Both the position numbers and the translations under genes were made by a program. From positions 1 to 64,000 of the IMG/VR virus record IMGVR_UViG_3300023179_000053: a stretch of 64,000 nt of DNA. One strand, 5' to 3'. Origin of the DNA: a virus. The notes under the pieces are model-generated. The model was not told where the DNA came from and searched no databases. It was given only the letters and a program-made list of their open reading frames with translations. Shown in pieces: positions 50,449-60,913 of this stretch. Within the stretch, counting starts at the first letter, position 1. Each line of letters begins with the position of its first letter.

Positions 50449-51039
50449 GCCCTCCACGTCTATAACATCTTTATTATCTGTAGAGAGATCAACTCTTTCT
50501 CCGGACATAATTTCAAAAGCTATTTCTAATTCTTTGCGAACTTCTTCAGCAATTGATGGATGTTTAGAAATTACATCTCTTAAGATTTTAGATAGAATTT
50601 GATTAACATTTTCTGCTTTCTGCATTCTTGCAATATACTCTCCATCAGCTTGGTTTCCGCCAAGCAATTTATGCAACTGAGCTTTTTTTGAAGCAATTTC
50701 TCCGGCAAGTTTAATTGCTTGTATTCTTGCAGCAACCATACCATTATCTGTTGCAATATTAATCGTCTCCCAAGCTTCCTTGCTTAATTGATCAAATTCT
50801 TGTAAAGCTTTTATTGTATTAAACTGCACTCTTTCTAAAAAATAAGGATCTTGCTCAACAGTTTTATTTAATATTGTTTTATATTCATCAATATAATCTT
50901 TTACTTCATTAACTTTTAACGTCATAAGTGCAGCAATCTCTCTATTGCTGTAACCTTTTACATGCAACAATCCAACTTGCTCTACATCTTTAATTTTATC
51001 TATTAAGCTTTTTTCTCTAGATGGTTCGATATTTGACAT
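50431..51039 (-). CDS. Probable terminase small subunit
   Basis: N-terminal HTH (GYSNREIA), helical body, immediately upstream of terL. Confidence 0.65.
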   Translation of the reverse strand: MSNIEPSREKSLIDKIKDVEQVGLLHVKGYSNREIAALMTLKVNEVKDYIDEYKTILNKTVEQDPYFLERVQFNTIKALQEFDQLSKEAWETINIATDNGMVAARIQAIKLAGEIASKKAQLHKLLGGNQADGEYIARMQKAENVNQILSKILRDVISKHPSIAEEVRKELEIAFEIMSGERVDLSTDNKDVIDVEGSEFEN

Positions 51040-52115
51040 AACCTTTCCTTATATTCAAGACTTACTTTTTCCCAAGTTAAATTTTTATTGACGTATTTAG
51101 CGCCTTCAAAAGTATGAAATGCAACTTCATTATAATTTTTTACTACATATAACATTTTATCACATAAATCATCAAAATCTGGTTCAGCCCACTCTCCACA
51201 CCCTTCATATATGCCACTCATATTAGTAGTGCCCCATTTAAAATTTAAAGGAACTGAAAGATGTGCAAATTCTGTACACGCAGTTGCATTGGTGCATATT
51301 GTAGGTACACCTAAGGCTATACCTTGAACCGGCAACAACCCCCAGCCTTCTCCGCTAGTTGGGTAAAGAACACAATCAGATCTTTTGTATATAGATGCCA
51401 ACTCATGCTCGCTAACTTGCCAATCAATAACCTCTATTCTTGGATGTTGAAAAATTGCCGCCAGTATTTCCCCTGATTCATTGTAAATTCTTGCATCTGG
51501 CGGTCCATTTGATTTATATATAAGCTTAAATCTTTCATCGTGCCCAAACAGTTTTAAAAAAGCATTGACTGAGATTTGAGAGTTTTTCCTAGTTGATGGC
51601 GAACCAATACACAGAAAAGTAAATTGACCATTAGGGAAATCTCTTGGCTTATCTGGTAGAGTATAGATTTGATCGTTTATCCCTAATTTAAAATCATACA
51701 CTGGTATTTGCACACCGGAGTTTATAAACACATCCCTAGCCCACCTGGATGTTGTCCATAACTCATCTGCGCTATTGATTGGATCTAGCCAGTGATGGGG
51801 TATCTTAGATGTTTCCCAATAAGTAAAACAAATATTGTAATTATTTTTTTTAATAAAAGTAATTGGAAGAGCATTATGAATATGAACATTAAATTTATTA
51901 TTTATTTCTTTATCAGACATGCATATTTCTTGAATTATATTAACACCAAAACTATTTAAATTTTGATTTAATTCACTTTGTGGATTCCAATTAAAATGTT
52001 GATTATAATCACTAATTAAAAAATATTTTTTTAAATATTTTTTTAAATAATTTGCTGTATCAGAATAGCCTTCTGATTTATTTGGTATTATTGATGTTGT
52101 CCACTGTATCTTCAT
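51003..52115 (-). CDS. Glycosyltransferase (GT4-like), paralog of 8997-10007
   Basis: YWETSKIP, RKNS, YPTSGEGWGL, W.EPDFD. Confidence 0.88.
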   Translation of the reverse strand: MKIQWTTSIIPNKSEGYSDTANYLKKYLKKYFLISDYNQHFNWNPQSELNQNLNSFGVNIIQEICMSDKEINNKFNVHIHNALPITFIKKNNYNICFTYWETSKIPHHWLDPINSADELWTTSRWARDVFINSGVQIPVYDFKLGINDQIYTLPDKPRDFPNGQFTFLCIGSPSTRKNSQISVNAFLKLFGHDERFKLIYKSNGPPDARIYNESGEILAAIFQHPRIEVIDWQVSEHELASIYKRSDCVLYPTSGEGWGLLPVQGIALGVPTICTNATACTEFAHLSVPLNFKWGTTNMSGIYEGCGEWAEPDFDDLCDKMLYVVKNYNEVAFHTFEGAKYVNKNLTWEKVSLEYKERLCQISNHLEKKA

Positions 52116-52863
52116 TTGTGTTAAACCCAATCACTCCACCGGCAGCAGCAGCTTCTTCTTTTAACCTTGGCAATGGCAAGCCATGCACTTTTGTATACTC
52201 AACTCTATAGTTATACCAGCCCTGCACAGCCCTCCACATTTTATCATCTGTTGTTCTTGCTAATTCTTCCAACTCTTCTGTTGATATTAAAAAACTAAGA
52301 ACACCTAACGGCATATAAACAACTACATCATAATTTGAATCTTTATCTTTTGAATATTTCTTCATAAGAAATTGAAATTGCCTAACAAGATCTTCAACTG
52401 GCTGACCGGCGTAAAAATCGATATTCCCATAAACGTTTCTAATTCTTGGGCAATAATCGTCAACACCAGCTATTGTTCCAAAACTTCTACACACCATTGG
52501 TCTATATCCATAAATAGAACAACCATTTTTATAGAATGCACACCATCTTTCAGTTTCTCCACCAAACTCCCAGCTAGTATCATTCATAGCTTCTTTAAGT
52601 GAAGCAACTATACCATCAAACCACTCTTTAGCAAATTGCTCGCCTTTATTCTCTAAGTGAAGATAATATTGCCTATTTAAATTGTATGCAATATTTGCAC
52701 ACTCAGTCATATGAATAGTAATACCAATCTTGCAACATTTCCCTGAGCCTAAACATTTGTATTTAGTTTCATTTTGTTTAGCCTCAAGAACACGAACTTG
52801 ATTATACAACATATCAAGTTCGCCAAAAATTGCAATATCAGTCAAAGCTACTTTTCTTTGCAT
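52078..52863 (-). CDS. YkgJ/CxxCxxCC-like Fe-S or Zn cluster protein
   Basis: C.GSG.CC...CAFY...CSIYGYRPMVCRSF. Confidence 0.75.
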   Translation of the reverse strand: MQRKVALTDIAIFGELDMLYNQVRVLEAKQNETKYKCLGSGKCCKIGITIHMTECANIAYNLNRQYYLHLENKGEQFAKEWFDGIVASLKEAMNDTSWEFGGETERWCAFYKNGCSIYGYRPMVCRSFGTIAGVDDYCPRIRNVYGNIDFYAGQPVEDLVRQFQFLMKKYSKDKDSNYDVVVYMPLGVLSFLISTEELEELARTTDDKMWRAVQGWYNYRVEYTKVHGLPLPRLKEEAAAAGGVIGFNTNEDTVDNINNTK

Positions 52864-53159
52864 TATCTTCCAAAACCTTTCTTTCTTCTTTGAACTTCTT
52901 TCCTTCTCTCCCTCTTTCTTTGCTCAACTTGTTTTTGCATTGGAGATTGAGGTCTTCTCTTCGCTGTGGAGGCAAGATTACGCCCTTTGCCTCTAAACCT
53001 AAGAAGCTCATATTTTTCACACCAGTTATATAAACCTTGCGGGGTGATATCAATATTATAAGTTTGTTTTAGTAACTTAACAATGTCGGTAAGATTCATC
53101 CTCTTTCTAACATAATGCTCATACAGCCAGCTTTTGTCTTTATACGGTTCTAGAGCCAT
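52863..53159 (-). CDS. HTH DNA-binding protein
   Basis: YKDKSWLYEHY...TDI...LYNW. Confidence 0.65.
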   Translation of the reverse strand: MALEPYKDKSWLYEHYVRKRMNLTDIVKLLKQTYNIDITPQGLYNWCEKYELLRFRGKGRNLASTAKRRPQSPMQKQVEQRKRERRKEVQRRKKGFGR

Positions 53160-53715
53160 TTTTCCTCAACATTAAATCATACCATAAACCAATACCGATT
53201 GCGTCAACAATATCATCATCTTCTAGATCCTCATCAGTCATGGGAAAGTATCCGGTAATAATATCTCTAACTCGATCCTTCCTTTCTTTCTTTCTGCTTG
53301 CTTCAGTTAAAAAATGTTCTTTATCATCTTTAGATAAATTTTTATAACCAATACCACGCTTCCATATCATTGGATTTATGTCTATTACCTTTGTACAATA
53401 TTTTTGAGACACACCCCATGAATAACCAATAATGTAAGAAATAATACGACTTGTTTGAAAATTTTGTATATATACAGATTGTTCAATTACACAGTGATTT
53501 GGTTTATACTCTTTGCATATCTTGTCTATGCCATCATTTATTGCCTCAAATTTAATATGCATTTCCGGAGACTTAGGGAATTTAATTTTTCCACACTTTA
53601 TCAAACGAGGTTGCCTCAATCCCATCTCTATCACAGCCCATCCAAGTGAATGTGATGATGGATCTAATGATAATACTTTTGTGAAATTAGTAGTCGCAAT
53701 AGATTTGATACTCAC
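53140..53715 (-). CDS. ruvC: RuvC-like Holliday junction resolvase
   Basis: LSLDPSS..LGWAV, VIEQ, P..WK, DDIVDAIGIG; start uncertain (GTG near 53715 preferred). Confidence 0.75.
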   Translation of the reverse strand: MSIKSIATTNFTKVLSLDPSSHSLGWAVIEMGLRQPRLIKCGKIKFPKSPEMHIKFEAINDGIDKICKEYKPNHCVIEQSVYIQNFQTSRIISYIIGYSWGVSQKYCTKVIDINPMIWKRGIGYKNLSKDDKEHFLTEASRKKERKDRVRDIITGYFPMTDEDLEDDDIVDAIGIGLWYDLMLRKNGSRTV

Positions 53716-54023
53716 ATTCTTTCTTTTCGGAGCTTTTCCTCGTCCCAGCCCCACCCCACTAGCCTTTGTATGAATCTTTCGTCTTTGCACCTTTCGCATA
53801 TATTTTCCTTATTGTATCTAGATAATATTGTCGTGCAATTTTCTGTTACACAAGTTCGTTTTTTTCCTTTATTACGTTTTTTTTCGTAATAATTCGCTAG
53901 TAACTTTTTATTGGTAACTATCCTTCTGCATTCTGCAGAGCAATATATACTGTTGTAAACTTTTGCTTCAAACTTTTTCTTACATTCATTGTTTTTGCAA
54001 ACTCTAGAAACACCACTACCCAC
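53712..54023 (-). CDS. Zinc-finger protein
   Basis: Multiple CxxC/CxxxC motifs. Confidence 0.65.
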   Translation of the reverse strand: MGSGVSRVCKNNECKKKFEAKVYNSIYCSAECRRIVTNKKLLANYYEKKRNKGKKRTCVTENCTTILSRYNKENICERCKDERFIQRLVGWGWDEEKLRKERM

Positions 54024-54741
54024 TATCTCCCCAACATAAAGCAGCCAAATCGCAAGAAGAACAATTCTTAGATGTTCTCTTGTATGGTCTGTCTGGAATA
54101 CTTTGCCTTACAAAGTTTCCATAAAACTCTCTGTATTTTTTAAATAATTTATCTATAAAGTCTTGATCTTTTTCTATATATATTGGAAGTATCTCTTGAT
54201 TATTTTTGTTTTCATAAATAACAAAACCACCATCAAGATTTAGACATTGCATATATATCTGCGCTTGACGATAGTGTTCGTCTTTTGGTTTTTTGTATAT
54301 TTGTCTATAATGAAATCCCTCAGAGCTAATAGATTTTAATTCTATCAGTTTATCTCCGTACCAATTAATGATACCATCTGCTGTGCCCTCAATTGGCGGA
54401 TCAGCGTAAGTAACAGGTATTTCTTCATCTACAAGTATCCCCATATCTCTAAAATAACTATATAAACGACTATGAACAGCATGACCATTATCAAATATTC
54501 TTAGAGTTTGTGGGCTAAAATCTGGCGTTACGTCAACTCCTTCAAATAAATAATACCAATATCTTGAACATTGATTTGTATAGCTAGGGTGAAATCCACT
54601 GACTTTTTTATAAACAGTTTCATTTTTCTTAAGAAGTTGTTCATCTATTGCTTTATTTAGAGTTTGCTCTAAATCTGCAGGTGAATGAGATTCAACAATA
54701 ACTGTTTCTTTTGGCTTTCTTAATTGCTTTAATGCTTTCAT
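54016..54741 (-). CDS. Cas4-like PD-(D/E)XK exonuclease
   Basis: C.R, G...H, GTADG..IELKS, Q.QIY, CxxC..C. Confidence 0.85.
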   Translation of the reverse strand: MKALKQLRKPKETVIVESHSPADLEQTLNKAIDEQLLKKNETVYKKVSGFHPSYTNQCSRYWYYLFEGVDVTPDFSPQTLRIFDNGHAVHSRLYSYFRDMGILVDEEIPVTYADPPIEGTADGIINWYGDKLIELKSISSEGFHYRQIYKKPKDEHYRQAQIYMQCLNLDGGFVIYENKNNQEILPIYIEKDQDFIDKLFKKYREFYGNFVRQSIPDRPYKRTSKNCSSCDLAALCWGDSG

Positions 54742-55061
54742 TGATTATAACCGCCCTTTCCGGCAATTTTTAATGCATTTATATTTTCTGTTAGAGCTTC
54801 GTACATTGTTTTCCAAATGTCGTTTACAAATTTATCTTGATCACTCATAACCGCAGACTTTCTTTTAAAAGCCTGGGATTTAACAATCATCAATGTTCTG
54901 TAGGCAGCAAGTATGTTTGCATACTTTATTGCCTGAGTGCCAAGGTAGTGATCTGGATTCTCAATAATATCCTGAACAACACGTATGCACTCAATAAACT
55001 CCTCTGCCTTATCCCCCATTTGCTCAGCAATAATCTCTTTGCTGATGATGATATCCGGCAT
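54738..55061 (-). CDS. Hypothetical protein
   Basis: ORF in the recombination operon. Confidence 0.6.
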   Translation of the reverse strand: MPDIIISKEIIAEQMGDKAEEFIECIRVVQDIIENPDHYLGTQAIKYANILAAYRTLMIVKSQAFKRKSAVMSDQDKFVNDIWKTMYEALTENINALKIAGKGGYNQ

Positions 55062-55193
55062 CAGATGCCCTTTCTAATTTGAATTCCGATTGACCATTTT
55101 ATCACATAGAAACCGAGATAAACCCCATCATCCCAGTTTAAATGAATTCCAATTGCAGCCCAACCAGTAAGCTTGTCAGAATATAAAGAAATT

Positions 55194-55493
55194 TTACTCA
55201 TACTCACTTCCTTTTATTAAATCTTTAAATACTTCCCAATCTATTATTGCGACTTTACTTTCAGAATCTTCACCCATAACTACCGATATGCATGGATATT
55301 TATAATTATTGTTCCAAGCATCTTTGCTAAATTTTTTCCAAAATTTTTGTGTGAGAGTGAAGCTTTTTGCATTGTGTTTATAGTCAAGTAAAAACTTATT
55401 CATCGTTGCATCTCCTTTTCTAAAACCCCTGCCTGAATTTTTAACACCTTTAGCTTTGTCTTTTTTGATCTCCTCTTTCTCAGTTCTTTTCAT
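55194..55493 (-). CDS. Small PD-(D/E)XK nuclease (Hjc-like)
   Basis: E..., NSG....KGD, LLDYK. Confidence 0.65.
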   Translation of the reverse strand: MKRTEKEEIKKDKAKGVKNSGRGFRKGDATMNKFLLDYKHNAKSFTLTQKFWKKFSKDAWNNNYKYPCISVVMGEDSESKVAIIDWEVFKDLIKGSEYE

Positions 55494-56412
55494 CACTTCT
55501 ACCAAGAATCTCTTTCTGAATCGCGGAACGTTGTTTGTCAGAAAGATTAATTGAAGTTAAACCATTCCATTTTTCGTTCTCGTATGAATACCAAGCCCCC
55601 TTGCGCTGAATTATGTCCATCTCAACTGCAATATCAATTAACTCTCTATCAATATCAATCCTTCCTTCTTGCGGAAGGACATAGTAATATCCAGTAGTGC
55701 CAATACTTGGAAGTTGTTTTGTCTTTTCAATTGTCCAAGTAGCACGCTGACTAGTGATAAGATTTGTATCGTCTCTTTCCATTTCACTCTTTGACATAGA
55801 TAAGAATAATTTAATAATATTGTGCATGTTATGATGCACCGTATTACCCATTTTTGCTTTTGTAACAGCAAACATACCGCTAAGATCAACTGTTTGGTGA
55901 GCAACAAACATCATCATATTTCTTTCTTTATGCAGATAGTTAACCAATTTCTGCAACAAGAAGCCTTGTGAGCGTGATTGCAATCCCATTGCTTTACCGC
56001 CCTCAGGCTTATCATAAAATTCTTCTTTAATAATATTAGACAAGCTGTCAAATAAGAATATATGCTTTTCTTCTTGATGCGTAAGATACTCGTAAATATT
56101 TTTCAATATTTCTTCAACAATTGTTGATTGCACAACAACAATATCATCAACGTCAATACCACACTTAATTGCATATGCATCATTGTATGAAGATTCTGAA
56201 TCAACTATTACCGGTCGATACCCCATACGCTGAGCTTCAGCAAGAATTCTAAAGCACATTGTCGTCTTACCGACAGATGGTGTCCCCCAAAATAAATGTG
56301 TTGCACCAGTATTTAATCCTCCACCAAGAGCTCTGTTTAAACCGATGCTTGGTGTTGGAATAACTTGATGCACTGGCATCAAATCACCTTTTCTTTTATC
56401 TACAATTAACAT
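55480..56412 (-). CDS. recA: RecA/UvsX-like recombinase
   Basis: TPSIGLNRALGGG, Walker A GTPSVGKT, VDSE, FDSL, KGAWYSY. Confidence 0.92.
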   Translation of the reverse strand: MLIVDKRKGDLMPVHQVIPTPSIGLNRALGGGLNTGATHLFWGTPSVGKTTMCFRILAEAQRMGYRPVIVDSESSYNDAYAIKCGIDVDDIVVVQSTIVEEILKNIYEYLTHQEEKHIFLFDSLSNIIKEEFYDKPEGGKAMGLQSRSQGFLLQKLVNYLHKERNMMMFVAHQTVDLSGMFAVTKAKMGNTVHHNMHNIIKLFLSMSKSEMERDDTNLITSQRATWTIEKTKQLPSIGTTGYYYVLPQEGRIDIDRELIDIAVEMDIIQRKGAWYSYENEKWNGLTSINLSDKQRSAIQKEILGRSDEKN

Positions 56413-56413
56413 A

Positions 56414-56905
56414 TCATCCTCCTAATGTGTATAACACTCTTTTATTATAAAGCTCTGGGAATCCTGGCGTGCCAACTAATGGAAAAGTAAAATCAATTTT
56501 GTGTATTATCTTTTTTCCTGATTTAAATAATATTGTATTAAACTGGTTAAGACTTGGTTGATGATCTATTGGAAATTCTATCACTGAAATTTTAGAATTG
56601 TAAATTAAATTTATAACAGTAGATATTTCATCATCATCACCTTCTATGTGACAACCTAAAATAACAACGGCATAATTTGTATCTATTAATTCTTCATTAT
56701 ACGTTTTAAACCATTCAAATACAGTGCCATGAAATGTGTTTGGAAGAGTTTTAAGTGGATCAATTGAATGTAATTTTGAATTTATATTTAATTCTTTTTT
56801 ATATGTTCCAATATCAATTACCAAATCAAAACTATCCACAAAATATTCTGCAATCCTATGTCTAACAGAATATTCCGGAGTTATTAAGTATTCCCATTTA
56901 TCCAT
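56414..56905 (-). CDS. Methyltransferase-like protein
   Basis: VIDIG..., SIDP; start MDKWEY. Confidence 0.5.
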   Translation of the reverse strand: MDKWEYLITPEYSVRHRIAEYFVDSFDLVIDIGTYKKELNINSKLHSIDPLKTLPNTFHGTVFEWFKTYNEELIDTNYAVVILGCHIEGDDDEISTVINLIYNSKISVIEFPIDHQPSLNQFNTILFKSGKKIIHKIDFTFPLVGTPGFPELYNKRVLYTLGG

Positions 56906-57501
56906 TACACACCTTCTTTTGGCATAATTAAAGCAGTACCGCATCCAATTGTAAAATTAATAAAACCATAATTATTTTCTTCTGCCCACTTTTTTGCCGC
57001 AAGGTATGATCCGATTTGTAATCCTTGAAGAACTGCAGGTAAATTATTTGTATCATGAACTGTTATAGCCCAATTATCTTTTCTCATTCTAGAGCCATAA
57101 TTTTTTAAATCATTATACACTTGCTCATATGTATGATCAGCATCAACATGCAAATAACTAATATTTTCAAATTCAGAAAAAGCTTCATCAGTCATTTTTT
57201 TTATAACTTTAATATCTGGATATTCTGGAATTTTAAAATCATACACAGGTCTGCCCCAAATTCCAATATCTGCATCAACAATAGACACATTGGTATTATT
57301 AATAATCTTATGCTGAACAAGTTTTAATTGAGCTTGATACATTAATTTTGGCACAAAGCCAGCGCCTGAACCTAAACAAACGCAAATTTCAGATTTTAAA
57401 GCATATGGCAATGAATAATACAACGCCCCCATGCCGGGGTGCTCGCCAAATGCCCCATGAGATTCTGACCATTTTGAGCTGTTTATAATTTCTGTATACA
57501 T
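56905..57501 (-). CDS. Class I SAM methyltransferase (Methyltransf_24-like)
   Basis: LGSGAG, HVDADHTYE, VHD. Confidence 0.75.
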   Translation of the reverse strand: MYTEIINSSKWSESHGAFGEHPGMGALYYSLPYALKSEICVCLGSGAGFVPKLMYQAQLKLVQHKIINNTNVSIVDADIGIWGRPVYDFKIPEYPDIKVIKKMTDEAFSEFENISYLHVDADHTYEQVYNDLKNYGSRMRKDNWAITVHDTNNLPAVLQGLQIGSYLAAKKWAEENNYGFINFTIGCGTALIMPKEGV

Positions 57502-60500
57502 TATACCTCAACCATATTTTTTATTTGTTTTCTAACGATGTAATCCTCGATAGTAATTAGTTTATCAGCAGAATCGAGCTTGAAAGAGTCAAGTCGATTA
57601 AGAGTTTCCTTATCTTCAATCTTTGATAGTCGTGCAGCATACCATTCACCCTCTTTAAGCAGCGCCTTTACCTTCTTATACACTGCCGCAAATATCACTA
57701 CCTTAAAGAATTGCTTCCCATCCCAGCAATAAACACTCGCCATCTCTTTGCCTGTTGATGTTTTAAAACTTCTAATATTGAATACATACATCATTGTCTT
57801 TGGATCATTGATGAAACCTATATCGTGCTTATAGACCCAAGAATATTTGTGGTCAGTACCGGATTTCTTCATCATCATGATATTATAAAGCTTTGAGTCT
57901 TGCGCCTGATAAACATCACAGTATGCGTGAAGCGTTCTATCACCAATCAACGCATAAACATAATCACGCTGTGCTAGCTCGGTATTTCTTTCACCAAAAA
58001 CGGTACAAGAGCCGGAGTGATCTTCAAACTCAACCCGCAAATAATTCTGCGCCTTCTTTGTAGACCTAACTACGGCTTTAATCAGCGTTAAATTAGAGGC
58101 GGTCTCATGAAAATCTGCAGCATTTTCTACAAATTCATCAATATCTGTCTTAAATTCACTAGCCTTAATAGGGAATCCAAGAATTGGCAAGTAGTATCTA
58201 GGGTGATCGAACTGAGATACGTGCCCAATTGACTCAAATGCACCGACCTTATCCAAATTTTCTCTCAGCGGAGCCTTAACTGCACTCTTGGAGCACTTAT
58301 TATTAAACTCCTCAAACGAATTGAATGGTCTCTTTGCGAATATTTCGTTTATTGCACTTACACCACAGCCGGTAACATTGGTAAGACCAAATCTAATGCC
58401 TTCTTCTTCATCAGGAAGAGACATTGAAAAGAATTCTTGTGACTTATTGATATCCGGTGGATAAATTTTAAGACCTAGCCGCTGCGCTTCCATCAAATAC
58501 GCTGTAATTTTGTCAGTTGCAGACTCATTGTATAATAACGCCCACATAAATTCAAGTGGATAGTTAACCTTCAACCACATTGTTTGATAGGACATTAAAG
58601 AATAAGCAACAGCGTGGGATTTATTAAACATATACAACGCTGAAAGCTCAAATTCAGACCAAATCTTATCCGATTGCGCCTTTGTTAAATATTTATTGTT
58701 AACAAACTTGTCTTTGAACTTATCAAACTCAGCAACATCACGCTTCTTACCAATGATCTTACGCAAAGAGTCTGCTTCAGACCATGTAAAGTCAGCCAGC
58801 AGCACCGCCATTTGCATCAATTGCTCTTGGAAAATAACTGTGCCATAGGTTTCTTCTAAAATCGATTTCACAACCTCGTGGGCATACTTTGGATTTGTTT
58901 CACCCTTCTTGCAGTCAATATATCTCTGCCCTTGGGATAGCAAAGCGCCGGGTCTAACCAGAGCGTTTGACACAACAAGGTCGTTAAAGTTATCAATACC
59001 CATACGCTCAATCAAATTACGATAGGCGGCAGCATCTGTTTGGAAAATACCCACCGTATTGATGTTATTAAAGTTCTCATACACCTTTTGGTCGTCTAGG
59101 GCTAGGGAGAGCGCTTCCACATCCCTTCCATAACGCTTCCTAATCATTTCTAAAGCGTCTTTAATGACAGATACGGTCTTGAGACCCAAAACGTCTATTT
59201 TTATAAGCCCAACGGCTTCTGCGTCTTCCATCGCAAAGGCTGTAACGGCACTTCTTTCCCCACCCTGTGAGTCTTTTCTGGATTCCACCGGACACACTTC
59301 GGTCAATGGAACCGCCGATACCACCATTCCTGCAGCATGGACACCTGCTGTGCGTACACGCTCTTGTAGGCGCTCTGCAAGCGCGGGAACATCGGGATAT
59401 TTGCGAACAAATATCTTGCCTTTCTCCGTGCTCTTTAGTTCATCAATGGTTTCAAAATATGGGGTGATATTATTGATCTCGGCATACGGAACCTGTAGAA
59501 TTCTGGCAACATCTTTCACCGCACTCTTTGGTTTAAATGTGCCATAAATGGAAATCGCCGCTACCTTGTCTTCTCCCCAGCGTGTGGCAAGATAATTTTT
59601 GACTTCATCTCTGCGTTTATCTTCAAAGTCAAGGTCAATGTCTGGATAGTCGTTTCTTTCGGGGTTGATAAATCGTGAAAACAAAAGCTTATATTGAAGC
59701 GGGTCAACCTTTGTAATATCCAACAGATACGCCAGCAAACTTCCGCCAACCGAGCCTCGCCCTGTGCCTCGCCCAATGCCGTTGTTATCCGCCCATTTTA
59801 CCAAGTCCCATACAATCAAGAAATAATCCGCAAAGCCGAGCTGTTTAATAATTGCCAATTCTTCTTCAAGCCGAGCCATATATTCATCCCCAAGATTTAA
59901 TTCCTTGAGCCGGAATTCCGCCATCTCTTTTAGATAATCATCGGAGTTGAGCGACTTCATATACTTGGGCAAAAGATTCTTCCTTTTCTCCAGCTTTGCC
60001 GTACACTTCTGCGCTACTTCAACGGTATTCTCCAGAATATCTGCTCTGTCATAACCGGCATCTTTAAACCACGATGCCACTTCTGCTGCATCTGCCAAGT
60101 ACGGATTGATTTCATCAAAGCGTAAAGACCTGTTAGGATACATATTATTGATTTTCGCCACCATATCAAGACTGGGGTTGTGTAAACAGTCGGCATGGTC
60201 TTTGGCATGTCTTTGGTCTGCTGCCCCAAGGCTTGGGTATTGAGAAATCATAAGAAGTATTTCTTCACACCCCTTATCCTTTCTTGAAGGGAAATGACAG
60301 TCTGCTGTTGCCACCACCTTGCGCCCATAAGTTTGGGCAAGGCTTATTAGACCATCATTTAGCTCTTTTGGATTCCAAGCCTGTATTTCATAATAGAAGT
60401 CATCTTTAAATATTTTTATAAAGCGTTCTGATAGCTCTTGCGCTCTATTTGTATCGCCCGCCATAATTGATTTAGATATGGCGCTAGCCATGCAACCAGA

Positions 60501-60902
60501 CAACGCAATTACATCGTTATCCACCAACTGCTCAAGAAGATCAAAATCGATTCTTGGTTTATAATAAAAGTTTTTTACCCAAGCTTTTTCATTAATCTTG
60601 AAAAGCTTTTTTAAACCATCATTATTTTTGGCAAGAAGTATAAGATGAAATCTTTCGCTTGTATCCTCTGCATCTTGTGGAACTGATGGAACAAAGTATG
60701 CCTCAATACCAAACAATGGTTTAACATCATGCTTACTGCATGCTTCTTGAAACTTCAACACACCGCCCATTGTGCCGTGATCAGTTATTGCCGCTGCAAT
60801 CTGACCATTTATGCTTGTAATTTTTGCTATCTCATCTGGGGTTGACATTCCGTCAAGTAGGGAATATTCAGAATGGCAGTGAAGGTGAACGAAATCTGTC
60901 AC
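57501..60902 (-). CDS. dnaE: DNA polymerase III alpha subunit
   Basis: PHP domain HLHCHSEYSLLDG and TDHG; GRGS; PDIDLD; FNKSHA; no intein evident. Confidence 0.96.
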   Translation of the reverse strand: MTDFVHLHCHSEYSLLDGMSTPDEIAKITSINGQIAAAITDHGTMGGVLKFQEACSKHDVKPLFGIEAYFVPSVPQDAEDTSERFHLILLAKNNDGLKKLFKINEKAWVKNFYYKPRIDFDLLEQLVDNDVIALSGCMASAISKSIMAGDTNRAQELSERFIKIFKDDFYYEIQAWNPKELNDGLISLAQTYGRKVVATADCHFPSRKDKGCEEILLMISQYPSLGAADQRHAKDHADCLHNPSLDMVAKINNMYPNRSLRFDEINPYLADAAEVASWFKDAGYDRADILENTVEVAQKCTAKLEKRKNLLPKYMKSLNSDDYLKEMAEFRLKELNLGDEYMARLEEELAIIKQLGFADYFLIVWDLVKWADNNGIGRGTGRGSVGGSLLAYLLDITKVDPLQYKLLFSRFINPERNDYPDIDLDFEDKRRDEVKNYLATRWGEDKVAAISIYGTFKPKSAVKDVARILQVPYAEINNITPYFETIDELKSTEKGKIFVRKYPDVPALAERLQERVRTAGVHAAGMVVSAVPLTEVCPVESRKDSQGGERSAVTAFAMEDAEAVGLIKIDVLGLKTVSVIKDALEMIRKRYGRDVEALSLALDDQKVYENFNNINTVGIFQTDAAAYRNLIERMGIDNFNDLVVSNALVRPGALLSQGQRYIDCKKGETNPKYAHEVVKSILEETYGTVIFQEQLMQMAVLLADFTWSEADSLRKIIGKKRDVAEFDKFKDKFVNNKYLTKAQSDKIWSEFELSALYMFNKSHAVAYSLMSYQTMWLKVNYPLEFMWALLYNESATDKITAYLMEAQRLGLKIYPPDINKSQEFFSMSLPDEEEGIRFGLTNVTGCGVSAINEIFAKRPFNSFEEFNNKCSKSAVKAPLRENLDKVGAFESIGHVSQFDHPRYYLPILGFPIKASEFKTDIDEFVENAADFHETASNLTLIKAVVRSTKKAQNYLRVEFEDHSGSCTVFGERNTELAQRDYVYALIGDRTLHAYCDVYQAQDSKLYNIMMMKKSGTDHKYSWVYKHDIGFINDPKTMMYVFNIRSFKTSTGKEMASVYCWDGKQFFKVVIFAAVYKKVKALLKEGEWYAARLSKIEDKETLNRLDSFKLDSADKLITIEDYIVRKQIKNMVEV

Positions 60903-60913
60903 TTTTACTCCTG

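Noticed and set aside
57501-60902. Inteins in DnaE, NrdJ, TerL or RecA
   Set aside because: Lengths are normal, and no intein splice or LAGLIDADG motifs were seen.
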